A program made the position numbers and the translations under genes. From NCBI GenBank assembly GCA_965197885.1, contig OZ240231.1:192504-256503 (forward strand): a stretch of DNA of 64,000 nucleotides, written 5' to 3'. Shown here in pieces: positions 45,162 to 56,648 of the stretch (the stretch's first letter is position 1; every line of letters begins with the position of its first letter). The DNA is from Thermodesulfobacteriota bacterium. GTDB taxonomy: Bacteria; Desulfobacterota_D; UBA1144; Nemesobacterales; Nemesobacteraceae. Below the pieces are notes generated by a model that was given only the letters and a program-made list of their open reading frames with translations, had not been told where the DNA came from and did not search any database.

Positions 45162-47252
45162 TTAAATTTTTGAGAAATCGGCGATCATGAAAAACAGATC
45201 TTTTATTTCATTGAGCAAAGCCAGGCGGTTGTCTCTGATCTTCTGGTCTTTGTCCATGACCATCACCGCGTCAAAGAACTGATCTATGGGGTTTGCAAGT
45301 GTTTTTATGGACTCAAGGGAACTCAGGTAATCGCCTTGCCCGGGAGCTTTTTCGGAATCGGCCAGTCTTTTTAGAACCGCGGTCTGTGTCTTGGTAAAAG
45401 CTCTATGGAGATCCTTTTCCGCCTTTTGCTTGAACAGTTTTTTATCAAGTGGCGAAGACGGCCTGGTTTTCGCTATGTTGAAAACCCTTTTAAAGCCCGT
45501 CGCCAGCGTATCAAAATCCTTGCGCCTCGCGAATTTTCCAAGTGCATTTATTCTATGGTAGGCGTCAAGGGGGTTGTCAAAACCGGCCGAGATAACGGAT
45601 TCGACGATATTTCTCTCATAGCCCGACTCCGTCATTAAGTTGCGGAACCTCTCGGAGAAAAATGCCAGAATGTTTTCTTTAAGTTTCTCCTCGGACAGTT
45701 TCCCCCTGCGAGTCTTTTGCGCGTCCGTGGAGTCAAGGACAAGCTTGATATTGCGCTCAAGGATTGCGGAAAGGGAAACATCAAACTTTTTCTCTATGGC
45801 GATCCTTATTATCCCGAGGGTCTGTCTTCTCAGTGCATAGGGATCAGAAGACCCTGTAGGTACGAGATCCGCGATGAAACAGGAGCAGATGTTATCCGTT
45901 TTGTCCACGATGCTTAAAAGCGCTCCGGTTCTCGTTCGTGGGAGTTCACCGGTTCTCGTAAGCGGCATGTATTGCTCTTCGATCGCGTTTGCGACGGCTT
46001 TTTTCTCCCCGGAGGCAAGCGAGTAATACTTGCCCATCACACCTTGGAGTTCGGCGAATTCAAAGACCATCTGGGTTGCGAGATCAGACTTTGAAAGTTG
46101 GGCGGCTCTCTCAAGGGCGGGATTGGCGAACATGTCGGCTGCAAGCGCCCTCATCCGCTCGACTTTTCCCCTGTAGCTTCCTATATCCGATAGAAACACC
46201 ATGCTCTCAAGCTCTTCTGTATAGTCGCCTAGGTTCTTTTTCGTGTCTTCAGAGAAAAAGAATTCGGCGTCGTTAAGTCTTGCCCTTATTACGCGTTCGT
46301 TCCCCCTTACAACCACCTTTTTATCTTTAACCGGGGTTCCGCAGACAAAGATGAAACTGGAAAGCAGTTTTCCGGTCTTCTCCGAATAAACGGGGAAATA
46401 TTTCTGGTGGTTCTTCATTACGCTTATAAGCACTTCCTCGGGCAAACTCAGGTATTTTTTCTCGAACTCTCCCACAAGAACCGTTGGATGCTCCACCAGA
46501 TTTACTACGGTTTCAAGCAACTCGGGATCCTCTTTTACCACTCCGCCTATCTTTTTCGCCGCCGTCTCGGTATCCCTTTCTATTACTTCCTTTCTTTTCC
46601 CGGGATCCGGTACTACGTTGTTTTTTTCAAGGGTTTTCAGATAATTTTCCCAGGATGCCACTCGAAACGACTTTGGAGAAGTGAACCTGTGACCGAAGCT
46701 TTGATCTGAGCTTTTGATGTTTTCAACACTGAATCTGACGGGTTTGCCGTCATAGACCGCCGCTATCCATCTTATGGGTCTTGCGAAGGTTAATTTTCCG
46801 CTGCCCCATCTCATTGATTTCCGGAAGGGGACCGAAGAGATGACTCCCGGAAGAATTTCTTTTAGGACAGATGAAGTTTTTCTTCCTTTTACGGTTCTCC
46901 TTACGCAGAGGAACTCTCCGTTATCCCTTTTTGCGATAACAAGTTCCTCGACATCAACTTTCTGGGATCTCGCGAAACCCAACGCGGCCTTGGTGGGTTC
47001 TCCGCTCTCGTCAAACGCTATCCGCTTGGGCGGTCCGAAGTTCTCGGTCGTTCGGTCCTTCTGCTTTCTCTCAAGTCCGCTTACCCTTACAGAAAGCCTT
47101 CTCGGGGTGTAGAGGATTTCCATTTCCCCTAACTCAATACCCTTGTCGCAAAGTTCTCCGCTCAGGATACTGCCCAGATCCTCCCGGGCTTTTTCAAGGA
47201 AAAGAGCAGGTATTTCCTCCGTTCCGATCTCGAGTATCAGTTCTTTTTCCAT
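45162..47252 (-). CDS. glyS: glycine--tRNA ligase beta subunit
   Basis: [25 protein letters not shown]... N-terminus and length are typical of GlyS; start set at MEKELIL (overlapping the glyQ stop) rather than the upstream in-frame ATG. Confidence 0.9.
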   Translation of the reverse strand: MEKELILEIGTEEIPALFLEKAREDLGSILSGELCDKGIELGEMEILYTPRRLSVRVSGLERKQKDRTTENFGPPKRIAFDESGEPTKAALGFARSQKVDVEELVIAKRDNGEFLCVRRTVKGRKTSSVLKEILPGVISSVPFRKSMRWGSGKLTFARPIRWIAAVYDGKPVRFSVENIKSSDQSFGHRFTSPKSFRVASWENYLKTLEKNNVVPDPGKRKEVIERDTETAAKKIGGVVKEDPELLETVVNLVEHPTVLVGEFEKKYLSLPEEVLISVMKNHQKYFPVYSEKTGKLLSSFIFVCGTPVKDKKVVVRGNERVIRARLNDAEFFFSEDTKKNLGDYTEELESMVFLSDIGSYRGKVERMRALAADMFANPALERAAQLSKSDLATQMVFEFAELQGVMGKYYSLASGEKKAVANAIEEQYMPLTRTGELPRTRTGALLSIVDKTDNICSCFIADLVPTGSSDPYALRRQTLGIIRIAIEKKFDVSLSAILERNIKLVLDSTDAQKTRRGKLSEEKLKENILAFFSERFRNLMTESGYERNIVESVISAGFDNPLDAYHRINALGKFARRKDFDTLATGFKRVFNIAKTRPSSPLDKKLFKQKAEKDLHRAFTKTQTAVLKRLADSEKAPGQGDYLSSLESIKTLANPIDQFFDAVMVMDKDQKIRDNRLALLNEIKDLFFMIADFSKI

Positions 47253-48133
47253 GGGTTGCTTTTCAGAAGAGGAAATCCCAGATTTTCTCTTGTCTGCAGA
47301 TACGAACTTGCGCACAGGTTCGCAAGTGCCCTTACCCTAGCTATGTATGACGCCCGCTCCGCTACCCCTATTGCCCCTCTTGCATCAAGGAGGTTGAAGG
47401 TGTGCGAACTTTTAAGACAGTATTCGTAAGCTGGGAGAGAAAGCTGCTTTTCGATAAGGGATCTGCATTCCCGCTCGTACATGTTGAACAGTTCGCTAAG
47501 CATCGCGGGGTCGGATTCCTCGAAGTTGTATTTTGAGAACTGGACTTCGCTCTGGTGATGAATCTCTCCGTACGTTATTCCCTTTGTCCACTCAAGATCG
47601 TAAACGCTTTCGACTTCCTGCAGGTACATCGCTATTCTTTCGGTTCCGTAGGTGATCTCGGCGGATATCGGGTCAAGATCTATTCCGCCCGCCTGCTGGA
47701 AGTAGGTGAACTGCGTTATTTCCATGCCGTCAAGCCACACCTCCCAGCCAAGTCCCCACGCTCCGAGAGTCGGGGATTCCCAGTCGTCTTCAACGAACCT
47801 TATGTCGTGCTCAAGCGGGTTTATTCCGAAGGACTTGAGACTGTCGAGGAAAAGCTCCTGAATGTCGTCGGGAGAAGGCTTTATTATCACCTGGAACTGG
47901 TAGTAGTGCTGAAGCCTGTTGGGGTTATCGCCGTATCTTCCGTCCGTCGGTCTCCTTGAAGGTTCGACGTACGCCACGTGCCAGGGTTCCGGGCCGAGAC
48001 ACCGCAGGAAAGTGGCCGGATGAAAAGTTCCGGCGCCTTTTTCTATGTCGTAAGGCTGGACTACAAGGCATCCCTTGGATGACCAGTAATCCTGGAGGGC
48101 TAGAATCAGTTCCTGGTAAGTCATGACCGGCAA
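47237..48133 (-). CDS. glyQ: glycine--tRNA ligase alpha subunit
   Basis: [48 protein letters not shown] is canonical GlyQ. Confidence 0.95.
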   Translation of the reverse strand: MPVMTYQELILALQDYWSSKGCLVVQPYDIEKGAGTFHPATFLRCLGPEPWHVAYVEPSRRPTDGRYGDNPNRLQHYYQFQVIIKPSPDDIQELFLDSLKSFGINPLEHDIRFVEDDWESPTLGAWGLGWEVWLDGMEITQFTYFQQAGGIDLDPISAEITYGTERIAMYLQEVESVYDLEWTKGITYGEIHHQSEVQFSKYNFEESDPAMLSELFNMYERECRSLIEKQLSLPAYEYCLKSSHTFNLLDARGAIGVAERASYIARVRALANLCASSYLQTRENLGFPLLKSNPWKKN

Positions 48134-48225
48134 AATATTACCATTAAAACAGAAGAATCAAATACGCCGGCCCGTTTGTAAGGACTTTACCCGCAGGTGC
48201 TTTCGATGATCTGTAGGAATGGTTG

Positions 48226-49392
48226 CTATGAGGTTGTTTGTTGACCGGTTGGTTTCTGCCGGTACGGCTCCTCGAATGGGGGTAGATTGAGCCGGTAGCG
48301 TGTGTGGCGTCGCTGTCCGGTTCTGTGAAGCGCGCCCATGGCGACTAGATTGGCGAGATCGCGCGTTGCCGTTGAAGCCGGCGCCCCAGTTGTTCTTTGA
48401 TAATTATGCGCGCTGAGTCCGCCCTTGAAACCATCTGGTTCAGCGTCAAAGAGTCGCAGAAGCATTTTCTCCTGACGTGGGTTCAACAAGCCACGGAGCC
48501 GATCAAATAACTGTGTCTGCTGAATTGACCGGATCAGACGGCGTTCGCTCCAAATCTGGGCGTCCAGCACAGTCCCCGCAAACCATGTCAGCCAGTCAGT
48601 GATATCAAGTGGCCTGCAGCTGTTATCCAGAATGTCATAGTAGTCCTTGCGCCGTCGGGCGATGGTATGGGAAAGCGCAATCAGACTCGGTTCGCCGAGC
48701 GACTGAGCGAGAGCTTTTTCAGCTAGGGCGCGGGCTATACGGCCATTTCCGTCCTCGAAGGGATGAATACGCACAAAGTACAAATGTGCAATTCCCGCCC
48801 AGGTCAAAGAGGACAGCCTGTCCCCGATGGACGCGGTCTCACCATACCATGCTATGAAACGTTCCATCTCCTCTGTCATCCGCTCCGAAGGCGGTGCTTC
48901 ATAGTGAACCTTGGGTTTATAATCGGGCCCGGAAACAACCTGCATAGCTTCAGGATGTCGACGATATCCGCCGACAACCTCTAGGTGTCCACGGTTGTGC
49001 ATAAGCATCCGGTGCCAGTCCCACAGCGTTTTGTGGTCCAGCGGGCGGTCAAACTCGAGGTAGAGCGCTACCATCATCTCAGCCACTCCTTCTTCCTCCG
49101 GTGAAGCTGTCTTCCGGCTGGCGGTTAACCCAAACCGTCGGCGGATGGAAGATTGCACTGACTCCCGGTCGAGAATTTCACCTTCAATTGCTGAGGTCTC
49201 AACAGCTTCGCCGCTCAGCCACTTGACCCGCAGTTCGGACTGATTTTCATAGGTGAGCTGGCGCCAAGCACCGATCCTGCGGCCCGACTCGTGCAGGAAA
49301 CGTTCCTCGAGAGGTATCAGAACAGACCGGTCCCATGTGAAGTTTGGCCAGTCAGAATGTTGCCATACCCACTTCATGAGCGATAAAAACAC
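48226..49392 (-). CDS. Fic-family protein with N-terminal Fic/DOC-associated domain and C-terminal winged-helix region
   Basis: HPFEDGNGRIARALAEKALAQ Fic motif; GC-rich relative to glyQ and trmFO. Start ambiguous (GTG at 49392 abuts AGGAGG; the ATG at 49377 is 14 nt from the SD). Confidence 0.8.
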   Translation of the reverse strand: MFLSLMKWVWQHSDWPNFTWDRSVLIPLEERFLHESGRRIGAWRQLTYENQSELRVKWLSGEAVETSAIEGEILDRESVQSSIRRRFGLTASRKTASPEEEGVAEMMVALYLEFDRPLDHKTLWDWHRMLMHNRGHLEVVGGYRRHPEAMQVVSGPDYKPKVHYEAPPSERMTEEMERFIAWYGETASIGDRLSSLTWAGIAHLYFVRIHPFEDGNGRIARALAEKALAQSLGEPSLIALSHTIARRRKDYYDILDNSCRPLDITDWLTWFAGTVLDAQIWSERRLIRSIQQTQLFDRLRGLLNPRQEKMLLRLFDAEPDGFKGGLSAHNYQRTTGAPASTATRDLANLVAMGALHRTGQRRHTRYRLNLPPFEEPYRQKPTGQQTTS

Positions 49393-49396
49393 CTCC

Positions 49397-49430
49397 TATA
49401 GCCCATATTTTTACCTATTTTCGGGCTATA
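49397..49430. promoter_or_regulatory. inverted repeat TATAGCCC-N18-GGGCTATA immediately upstream of the second Fic gene
   Basis: Seen directly; 8-bp perfect arms. Confidence 0.4.
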
Positions 49431-49528
49431 GACAAGTGCTACGGTTCTGGCGACAAAGAATGCTTTCTCAATGCCAAGCTCATCCGCTTTTTTTTGAGCC
49501 TGTCAATCAGCACTGCAATGGTAAGCAG

Positions 49529-50863
49529 TTACGCGGACACATGGTGAAGAAGATCGTACGCACGTATGCTCTCAATGGCTCTTTGAGCAATGATTTGACG
49601 CTTTTTTTCCTTTCCCATCCTCCCTTCCACCTTGGGAAAAAGTCCGAAGTTTATGTTCATCGGCTGAAACCCGCTTTTTCCGGGAGCCGAGATGTACTCA
49701 AGCAGGGAGCCTATGGACGTTTCCCTCGGAACGGGTGCAGGCGCAAGTCCGAGCGCTTTTCTCGAGGCATTTATTCCGCAGACGATTCCAGTTGCCGCGG
49801 ACTCGACGTATCCTTCAACTCCCGTTATCTGTCCGGCGAAGAAAACGCTTGGACGGGATTTTAGGGAAAGATTTTTCTCAAGCAGCCTCGGGGAATCTAT
49901 GTACGTGTTTCTGTGTACGCTTCCGTATCTTAAAAATTCCGCCCCCTCAAGCCCCGGAACCTTTCTGAAAACGGCTCTTTGCTGCGGGTATCTGAGCTTT
50001 GTCTGAAAACCCACCATGTTATACATTGTCTCCTCACTGTTCTCCGTTCTTAGCTGCAGGACAGCAAAGGGGGTCTTGCCAGTTTTCGGATTAACAAGGC
50101 CGACGGGTTTCAGGGGGCCGAACCGGAGCGTATCCTTTCCTCTCTCGCACATGACCTCAACCGGCATACAGCTTTGAAAATAAATCGCTTTCTCAAACTC
50201 TCTGGTTTCCACTTTTTCTCCGTGAATCAGATTGTCCACGAGCTCGTAGTACTGATTCTCCGAGAGCGGACAGTTGAGATAATCCCCCTCCTCCGAGTCC
50301 CCGCGTTCGTATCTCGATCCCCTGAAGATCTTGGAGCGGTCGATTGTATCCGCATCGATTATCGGCGAGATAGCGTCGTAGAAGTAAAGATATTCGGATT
50401 CCGTAAGCGAGGAGATCTCAGCGCAGAGCGCATCCGAGGTGAGCGGGCCGGTGGCTACGATCACGATGCCATCTTCGGGTATTCTCGTTACCTCCTCTCT
50501 TCTTAAGTCTATAAGTTCGTTACCTTGGATTTTTCGCGTTATGTAATCCGAGAATATCTCCCTGTCTACCGCAAGGGCTTTTCCGGCCGGAACCTTTGAC
50601 GCTTCGGCCGCCTCAATGACAAGTGAGCCAAGAGATTTCATTTCCTCTTTCAGTATTCCCGAGGCGTTCTCCATGGATGCCGATTTCAGGGAGTTGCTGC
50701 ACACAAGCTCAGCGAGACCCGAGGTTCTGTGCGCGGCGGTTTTCTTGCGGGGCCTCATTTCGTAGAGGGTTGTCCTTATTCCGAACTTCGTTATCTGGTT
50801 CGCGGCTTCGACTCCTGCGAGTCCCGCGCCGATTATGGTTATCGATGGCTGTTTTCCGTTCAT
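49529..50863 (-). CDS. trmFO: methylenetetrahydrofolate--tRNA-(uracil-5-)-methyltransferase TrmFO
   Basis: ITIIGAGLAGVEAANQITKFGIRTTLYEMRP... and overall collinearity with the TrmFO/Gid family. Confidence 0.9.
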   Translation of the reverse strand: MNGKQPSITIIGAGLAGVEAANQITKFGIRTTLYEMRPRKKTAAHRTSGLAELVCSNSLKSASMENASGILKEEMKSLGSLVIEAAEASKVPAGKALAVDREIFSDYITRKIQGNELIDLRREEVTRIPEDGIVIVATGPLTSDALCAEISSLTESEYLYFYDAISPIIDADTIDRSKIFRGSRYERGDSEEGDYLNCPLSENQYYELVDNLIHGEKVETREFEKAIYFQSCMPVEVMCERGKDTLRFGPLKPVGLVNPKTGKTPFAVLQLRTENSEETMYNMVGFQTKLRYPQQRAVFRKVPGLEGAEFLRYGSVHRNTYIDSPRLLEKNLSLKSRPSVFFAGQITGVEGYVESAATGIVCGINASRKALGLAPAPVPRETSIGSLLEYISAPGKSGFQPMNINFGLFPKVEGRMGKEKKRQIIAQRAIESIRAYDLLHHVSA

Positions 50864-51087
50864 AAGAAGAATCCCGAAATGGTCTGTTTCTGGTCTAGAT
50901 GCCGGCTATCTAGTCTAGAGCAGTTTTCTGGTTTTGAGAAATCATATTATCATTGTGAAGTGACGGGGAATCAAAAACATGGTTGCTTGGGACCTTGGTT
51001 TCTGACCACAGAATTTGGGTTGCTAGTGTAAAAACAAATTGTTTTCTTTGGGTATTATATTCCCACTCTTTGATTAAGTGCAGAACT

Positions 51088-51747
51088 ATGAGCTACGGAG
51101 CAGTTGTATTTGATCTTGACGGAACCCTGATTGACTCTCTTGAGGATCTTGCTGATGCCGTGAATCAGGCACTCAGCATAAACGGGTTTCCACCGCGCGC
51201 GACCGGGTGTTTCAAGTACTTTATAGGAAAAGGCCCCAAGACCATGGTGGCCAGGGCTCTTCCCGAGGATAAAAAAGACGATGAAGACATCGTTGAAAAG
51301 TGCCTTGACGATTTCAACAGCATCTACAGCTGTGCCTTCAATGTGAAAACCAGGCTTTATGACGGCATACCGGATCTTCTGGATGAACTTTCCGAAAGAG
51401 GTGTAAAGAAGGCGATTCTTACCAACAAGCCGCATGTGTTTACCGAAAAATACGTGGAGAATCTGCTTGCAGACTGGAATTTCGAGATAGTCATAGGCCA
51501 GAGGGATGAACTTCCGAGAAAACCCGATCCCTCCGGAGCGCTTCGGATATCAAAGGAGCTCGGGATTGAGTCATCGCGGATGGTTTACCTGGGAGACTCC
51601 GGGGTGGACATGCTTACAGCAGTCGGGGCAGGCATGCTTCCGGTAGGAGTCCTCTGGGGGTTTCGAACGGGCGACGAACTTCGCGAAAATGGAGCTGAGC
51701 ACCTTATAGAAACTCCGATGGAGTTGCTTTCGATTGTTGACTTGTAG
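51088..51747 (+). CDS. HAD-superfamily phosphatase (phosphoglycolate phosphatase-like)
   Basis: AVVFDLDGTLIDS motif I; LTNKP motif II; GDSGVDM motif III/IV. Start at MSYGAVVFDLDG rather than the upstream extension in the track. Confidence 0.8.
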   Translation: MSYGAVVFDLDGTLIDSLEDLADAVNQALSINGFPPRATGCFKYFIGKGPKTMVARALPEDKKDDEDIVEKCLDDFNSIYSCAFNVKTRLYDGIPDLLDELSERGVKKAILTNKPHVFTEKYVENLLADWNFEIVIGQRDELPRKPDPSGALRISKELGIESSRMVYLGDSGVDMLTAVGAGMLPVGVLWGFRTGDELRENGAEHLIETPMELLSIVDL

Positions 51748-51756
51748 TTTCCGTGC

Positions 51757-52911
51757 ATGATGGATATGGATTTTGAACAGGTAAAACTGGGGATTCTCGG
51801 AGGCGGGCAGCTGGGGAAAATGCTTTGTCTCGTTGCAAGCAACTGGAACCTCAGCACCTATGTGCTTGACCCTTCCTCAGATTGTCCGGCGGCATCTGTG
51901 TGCACCGGGTTTTCCCATGGTAATTTCAGGAATTACGAGGATGTTTACGCGTTTGGCAAAAACGTTGACATTCTGACCATAGAGATTGAGCATGTGAACC
52001 TGCAGGCGCTTTTCCGCCTGCAGGAAGAAGGAGTCGTTATAAGGCCCGAGCCCCACGCGCTTGAACTTATACAGGACAAGGCCAGGCAGAAGAGGTTCTA
52101 CACTTCAAAGGGGCTCCCCACTGCGGACTTTTCGGTTTTTCCGGGAAAAGAGGCGATAGTTGCAGCCATCGAGTCCGGGGAAATAAGAATTCCTTTCGTT
52201 CAGAAACTTTCAAAGACGGGTTATGACGGAAGGGGAGTGTACGTCGTAAGGGGAAAAGAGCAGCTCAGCGATCTTTTGGAGGGGGAATCCGTCGTCGAGG
52301 ATCTTGTTGACGTGGAAAAGGAGATTTCCGTTATAGTGTCACATAATTCCGCCGGAGAAACGAAATGCTTTCCTCCGGTTGAGATGGTGTTTAACAGCCA
52401 CGCCAACATAGTTGAATTCCTGATAAGTCCCTGTGAGCTTGACGATGCGCTATCTGTTCGTGCGTGCGAGCTTGCCGAGCGTACGATAAAATCTTTTGAC
52501 ATGTGTGGAATCCTTGCGGTTGAGATGTTTCTTTCCAAAAAAGGCGACATTCTCATAAACGAATCCGCTCCGAGACCGCATAACAGTGGACATCACACGA
52601 TTGACGCCGCACGAACCTCGCAGTACGAACAGTGTCTGAGATCGATTCTGGATCTTTCTCCAGGCGATACTGAAATAAAAACTCCTTCCGTTATGATTAA
52701 CATTCTCGGGCAGCCGGGTTTCGAGGGTCAGGTAAGATACGAAGGGCTTCGCGGATGCATGGGGGTTGAGGGAGCCAAGTTTCACATATACGGTAAAACC
52801 CAGACTAAGCCATACAGGAAGATGGGACATGTAACTGTGCTTGACGACGATATTGCAAGCGCGCTTGAAAAGGCAAAGTTCATAATGAATAATCTGAGGG
52901 CGATAGCATGA
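51757..52911 (+). CDS. purK: N5-carboxyaminoimidazole ribonucleotide synthase
   Basis: [18 protein letters not shown]-terminus; ATP-grasp core; C-terminal ...[25 protein letters not shown] typical of PurK. Confidence 0.9.
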   Translation: MMDMDFEQVKLGILGGGQLGKMLCLVASNWNLSTYVLDPSSDCPAASVCTGFSHGNFRNYEDVYAFGKNVDILTIEIEHVNLQALFRLQEEGVVIRPEPHALELIQDKARQKRFYTSKGLPTADFSVFPGKEAIVAAIESGEIRIPFVQKLSKTGYDGRGVYVVRGKEQLSDLLEGESVVEDLVDVEKEISVIVSHNSAGETKCFPPVEMVFNSHANIVEFLISPCELDDALSVRACELAERTIKSFDMCGILAVEMFLSKKGDILINESAPRPHNSGHHTIDAARTSQYEQCLRSILDLSPGDTEIKTPSVMINILGQPGFEGQVRYEGLRGCMGVEGAKFHIYGKTQTKPYRKMGHVTVLDDDIASALEKAKFIMNNLRAIA

Positions 52912-53450
52912 AACCTGTTCTAGTAAGCGTTATCATGGGTTCTGACTCGGACCTTGCGGTCATGGGGGAAGCGGTCGAGGTTCTGGAACGATTCGGCATA
53001 GGGCATGAAGTTACTATAGTCTCTGCGCACAGAACTCCGGAGCGTCTTGTCGATTTTTCGAAAAAAGCTCACAAAAGAGGAATCAAAGTCATAATAGCCG
53101 GAGCGGGAGGCGCCGCGCATCTTCCGGGAATGGTAGCTTCCGTTTCTCCTCTCCCGGTCATAGGGGTTCCAATAAAATCCTCAAATTCGATTGACGGATG
53201 GGATTCCGTACTTTCCATCCTGCAGATGCCCTCAGGTGTTCCGGTTGCTACAGTCGCTTTAGGCGGGGCTAAAAACGCCGGCATCCTCGCCGTTGAGATT
53301 CTTTCGGTTGCCGACCCCGAGCTTTCACGCGCGGTGGCTGAGTACAAGAAGAAGCTTTCTTCTGAGGTAAAGAAAAAGGCCGTGCGGCTCGAAAAGCTGG
53401 GCGCCTCGGTCTATCTTGAGCGAATGAAGGCAGAGGAAGAGACTTCCTGA
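52908..53450 (+). CDS. purE: N5-carboxyaminoimidazole ribonucleotide mutase
   Basis: [17 protein letters not shown]...[17 protein letters not shown]... is canonical PurE; overlaps the purK stop. Confidence 0.92.
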   Translation: MKPVLVSVIMGSDSDLAVMGEAVEVLERFGIGHEVTIVSAHRTPERLVDFSKKAHKRGIKVIIAGAGGAAHLPGMVASVSPLPVIGVPIKSSNSIDGWDSVLSILQMPSGVPVATVALGGAKNAGILAVEILSVADPELSRAVAEYKKKLSSEVKKKAVRLEKLGASVYLERMKAEEETS

Positions 53451-53458
53451 AGTTCCAC

Positions 53459-53881
53459 TTACTGTATTGTCTTGTTACCCGGCTCGTAGCCCCGTACGGG
53501 AATTGGCGAGGCGTGATGAAAGATCATAAGCCATCTGTCGCCTTGCTTCTCGAATATGTTGGTTGACTGCGAGAGATTGAACATGACCGGGTCTCTTTTT
53601 ATGTATACCATCTCCTGCAGGCAGGTCACCCAGGCGATGTTGTCGCTTATGTCCACGGTCACGTTTGAAATGCTGATGTCGACTTGATCCTCGGGGTCAA
53701 AGACGCTCTCCCAGCTCTGCCTGATGGCTTGCCAGTTGCGAAGAGCGGTCCATCCCGGATGAACGCAGCCGGACCTCGAGTCCTTTATCCAGATCTCTCC
53801 CATAAGCTCGAGATTCCTGGTTCCCAAGGCCTCGTAAAAAAGGTTGTTGATCCTGAGTATTTCCTCGTTGTCCTTTTTCAT
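53459..53881 (-). CDS. NTF2-like (SnoaL/DUF4440-type) small protein
   Basis: 140 aa; composition and pattern (INNLFYEAL...WIKDSRSGCVHPGW...) consistent with the NTF2-like fold; low-specificity call. Confidence 0.5.
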   Translation of the reverse strand: MKKDNEEILRINNLFYEALGTRNLELMGEIWIKDSRSGCVHPGWTALRNWQAIRQSWESVFDPEDQVDISISNVTVDISDNIAWVTCLQEMVYIKRDPVMFNLSQSTNIFEKQGDRWLMIFHHASPIPVRGYEPGNKTIQ

Positions 53882-53900
53882 AGTCTAATCCTGAATAATT

Positions 53901-55487
53901 TTACCGGAAAAGATCGAGAATTCTGCCGAACTGCGAGAATATGTCTCCACGCATCCTCAGAATGTCGTTATACAGGGCTGCCGCCATGATGAAAATAAGA
54001 AAGGAAAATCCGATTCGCTGGGTTATCTCAAGGGTCTTTACGCTAAGCGGCTTTCTCTTTATTTTTTCAATGCCCAGATAGAGCAGATGTCCTCCGTCAA
54101 GCATAGGTATGGGGAGAAGGTTGATTAACGCGAGATTTATGCTTATAAGCGAGGTGAACTGAAGGAGATTCGATATGCCGCTTTGAGCGACATCCCCCGA
54201 CACTTTGGCTATCAGAAGAGGCCCCGCTACCGTTTTGCCGGCAGTGGCAAGCGCTATTTTCCCGGTTACGAGCTTGAATAGAAACCCGAAGAAAAGAATG
54301 GTGATTTCAACCGTCATGCGTGCCGCTTCGGCTATTCCCCTGCGAATCGATTCGAAAAAGCCGTATTTTTTAAGCACGCTGTCCGTACGGGGAGTAATGC
54401 CGATTATATAGCGCTCAATGCCTTGTTCCATTTCCGCTGCCAGGAGAAAATTCATCTCATCTCCACCGCGCTCAATCGTAAAATCAAGCCTTTTGCCCCC
54501 GCTTTCGGCTATTATGTCAGACATATGGTTCCAGTCCGTAACCTCTACGCCATCTATTGCCTTTATCTTGTCTCCCGGACGTATGCCTGCCTCCCAGGCG
54601 GGGCGGCCCTCGGATACCTGCTCTATGGTCGCGGCTATGGGCCTTGCAAATCCGGTCTCTACCCTGCCGTCGGAACCGGCTTCTGCGAAAAGAGCGAGAG
54701 TCCTGGTCTCGCTTCCGGTTCTCACCCTGAATTCAAGCAGCGAATCGGGGTTTGAGTGAACGCCAATGTTTACGTCTCTCCAGCTCTTGACCTCTTTTCC
54801 GTTTATGCTGAGTATCCTGTCACCCGCGGCGAATCCCGAGAGATGGGCGGGGGAATCTTTTTTTACGTAAGTTATGTCCGGAGGATCTTCCAGATAACCG
54901 GAGACGCTTATGCCGAACATGAACACGAGAGGCATGAAGAAGAAGGGGATTATGAAATTCATAGCCGGCCCCGCTATGACCACCAGGAACCTGTCGGTAA
55001 TGGACTTGGCGGAGAATCCTCTCTGGTAGTCCTTTTCGTAATAGGCTTCTATATCGTGGAGGGCCGAGTGGTTGATGAGGAAAGAGTAGATCTTCCCACC
55101 TCTTTCCACTTCAAGTTCTTTTTGCTGATTCGAGTCTGATCTTAGGACGTAGAGAAGCTTCTCCCAGCTTGGGTACTTCTCAAGACTGAATCCCTTTATC
55201 CCGATAATTCTGTCTCCTGAGGCAAGTGGCGATTCTGTGTCCGCGACGCTTTCGACAATTATGTTTCCCTCTTTTCCCTCGCCGTACATCTTCACGTATC
55301 CGCCGATGGGAAGGGCTGAAATGAGATATTCCGTTTCGCCTCTTACGAAAGAAACAAGTTTCGGGCCGAAACCCAGAGAGAATTGCTCGACCCTGATATT
55401 GCTTCTTTTCGCGAGCAGAAAATGCCCCAGTTCGTGAAAGAAGACTAGAATTCCTATTACGAAGATAAAAGCTAGGATTGTGATCAT
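53901..55487 (-). CDS. rseP: site-2 protease RseP (zinc metalloprotease with PDZ domains)
   Basis: ILAFIFVIGILVFFHELGHFLLAKR HExxH in the first TM; PDZ domains; C-terminal LPIPMLDGGHLL motif. Start set at the Met preceding the first TM helix. Confidence 0.9.
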   Translation of the reverse strand: MITILAFIFVIGILVFFHELGHFLLAKRSNIRVEQFSLGFGPKLVSFVRGETEYLISALPIGGYVKMYGEGKEGNIIVESVADTESPLASGDRIIGIKGFSLEKYPSWEKLLYVLRSDSNQQKELEVERGGKIYSFLINHSALHDIEAYYEKDYQRGFSAKSITDRFLVVIAGPAMNFIIPFFFMPLVFMFGISVSGYLEDPPDITYVKKDSPAHLSGFAAGDRILSINGKEVKSWRDVNIGVHSNPDSLLEFRVRTGSETRTLALFAEAGSDGRVETGFARPIAATIEQVSEGRPAWEAGIRPGDKIKAIDGVEVTDWNHMSDIIAESGGKRLDFTIERGGDEMNFLLAAEMEQGIERYIIGITPRTDSVLKKYGFFESIRRGIAEAARMTVEITILFFGFLFKLVTGKIALATAGKTVAGPLLIAKVSGDVAQSGISNLLQFTSLISINLALINLLPIPMLDGGHLLYLGIEKIKRKPLSVKTLEITQRIGFSFLIFIMAAALYNDILRMRGDIFSQFGRILDLFR

Positions 55488-55489
55488 CG

Positions 55490-56647
55490 CTAAGACAGAA
55501 AGCTCTCCATTACCGAACCGGCAGTTCTCCTCGACCACCTGTCCGCCTCTAATATATTGTCAAGACAACCCGAGTCAAGTTTGTCGTGACGCTCAAGTGC
55601 TTCTCTGACAATCGGGATTATGTCGGTAAATCTTATCCTCTCGTCAAGAAACGCGTTTACGGCCACTTCGTTTGCCGCATTCAGCACGGTCGGGTAAGTG
55701 CCGCCCATCCTGAGACATTCAATTGCAATTGCGGGAGCCTCGAATTTATCTGTATCAAGTTTTTCAAACGTAATGTCCGACAGGTCGTCCGGCGAGGCGG
55801 CAGTGTGTCCGAGATCAAGCCTCTCGGGATAGGAAAGCGCACGGGCTATCGGTATTTTCATGTCCGAGGCGGAAAGATGAGTTATGAACGAGCCATCAAT
55901 ATATTCAAGGATTGAATGAACGATGCTCTGGGGATGTACCCAGATCGATATTTTTTCGGTGGGTATGTCAAAAAACCACCTTGCCTCTATAATTTCAAAT
56001 CCCTTGTTCATTAGCGTCGCCGAATCTATGGTTATCTTGGTTCCCATTTTCCATGTGGGATGGCAAAGCGCGGCGGCGACCGTGACTTTTTCCAGATCTT
56101 CTTTCGGTGTTTTGCGAAACGGTCCGCCAGACGCCGTTATAATAACCCGTTTGAGGAATTTACGGTCTTTTTCCCGGAGCGTCTGGAAAACGGCGCTGTG
56201 TTCACTGTCCACGGGAAGCAGAGTAACGCCCTGATTTTCTGCCTCGGAAATAAGAAGTCCTCCAGCGACCACCAGAGATTCTTTGTTGGCTATTGCCACA
56301 TCTCTTCCGGCCTGTATTGCGCAGAGGGTGGGCAGAAGACCCGGAAAACCTACCATGGAAGATATCACCAGATCGCAGTCCCCTTCTGTCGCAACCGCGA
56401 TATTCCCCTCGTCTCCGTAATGTATCTTGGTTTTCGGAGCGGCTATTCTCTTTAGTCGCTCCGAGTCTTCTTTTCGGGTGACCGATACGACATTCGGAGC
56501 GAATTCCTTTACCTGCTCTGCCAGAAGATCAATGTTTTTCCCCGCGCAAAGACCCGTAACCTCGAACTTTTCGGGAAATCTTCGTATTATCTCAAGCGTC
56601 TGCGACCCGATCGAACCGGTTGATCCGAGTATGGAGATTTTTTTCAA
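55490..56647 (-). CDS. dxr: 1-deoxy-D-xylulose 5-phosphate reductoisomerase
   Basis: KKISILGSTGSIGSQTLEIIRRFPEKFEV... is canonical Dxr. Confidence 0.93.
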   Translation of the reverse strand: MKKISILGSTGSIGSQTLEIIRRFPEKFEVTGLCAGKNIDLLAEQVKEFAPNVVSVTRKEDSERLKRIAAPKTKIHYGDEGNIAVATEGDCDLVISSMVGFPGLLPTLCAIQAGRDVAIANKESLVVAGGLLISEAENQGVTLLPVDSEHSAVFQTLREKDRKFLKRVIITASGGPFRKTPKEDLEKVTVAAALCHPTWKMGTKITIDSATLMNKGFEIIEARWFFDIPTEKISIWVHPQSIVHSILEYIDGSFITHLSASDMKIPIARALSYPERLDLGHTAASPDDLSDITFEKLDTDKFEAPAIAIECLRMGGTYPTVLNAANEVAVNAFLDERIRFTDIIPIVREALERHDKLDSGCLDNILEADRWSRRTAGSVMESFLS

Positions 56648-56648
56648 T

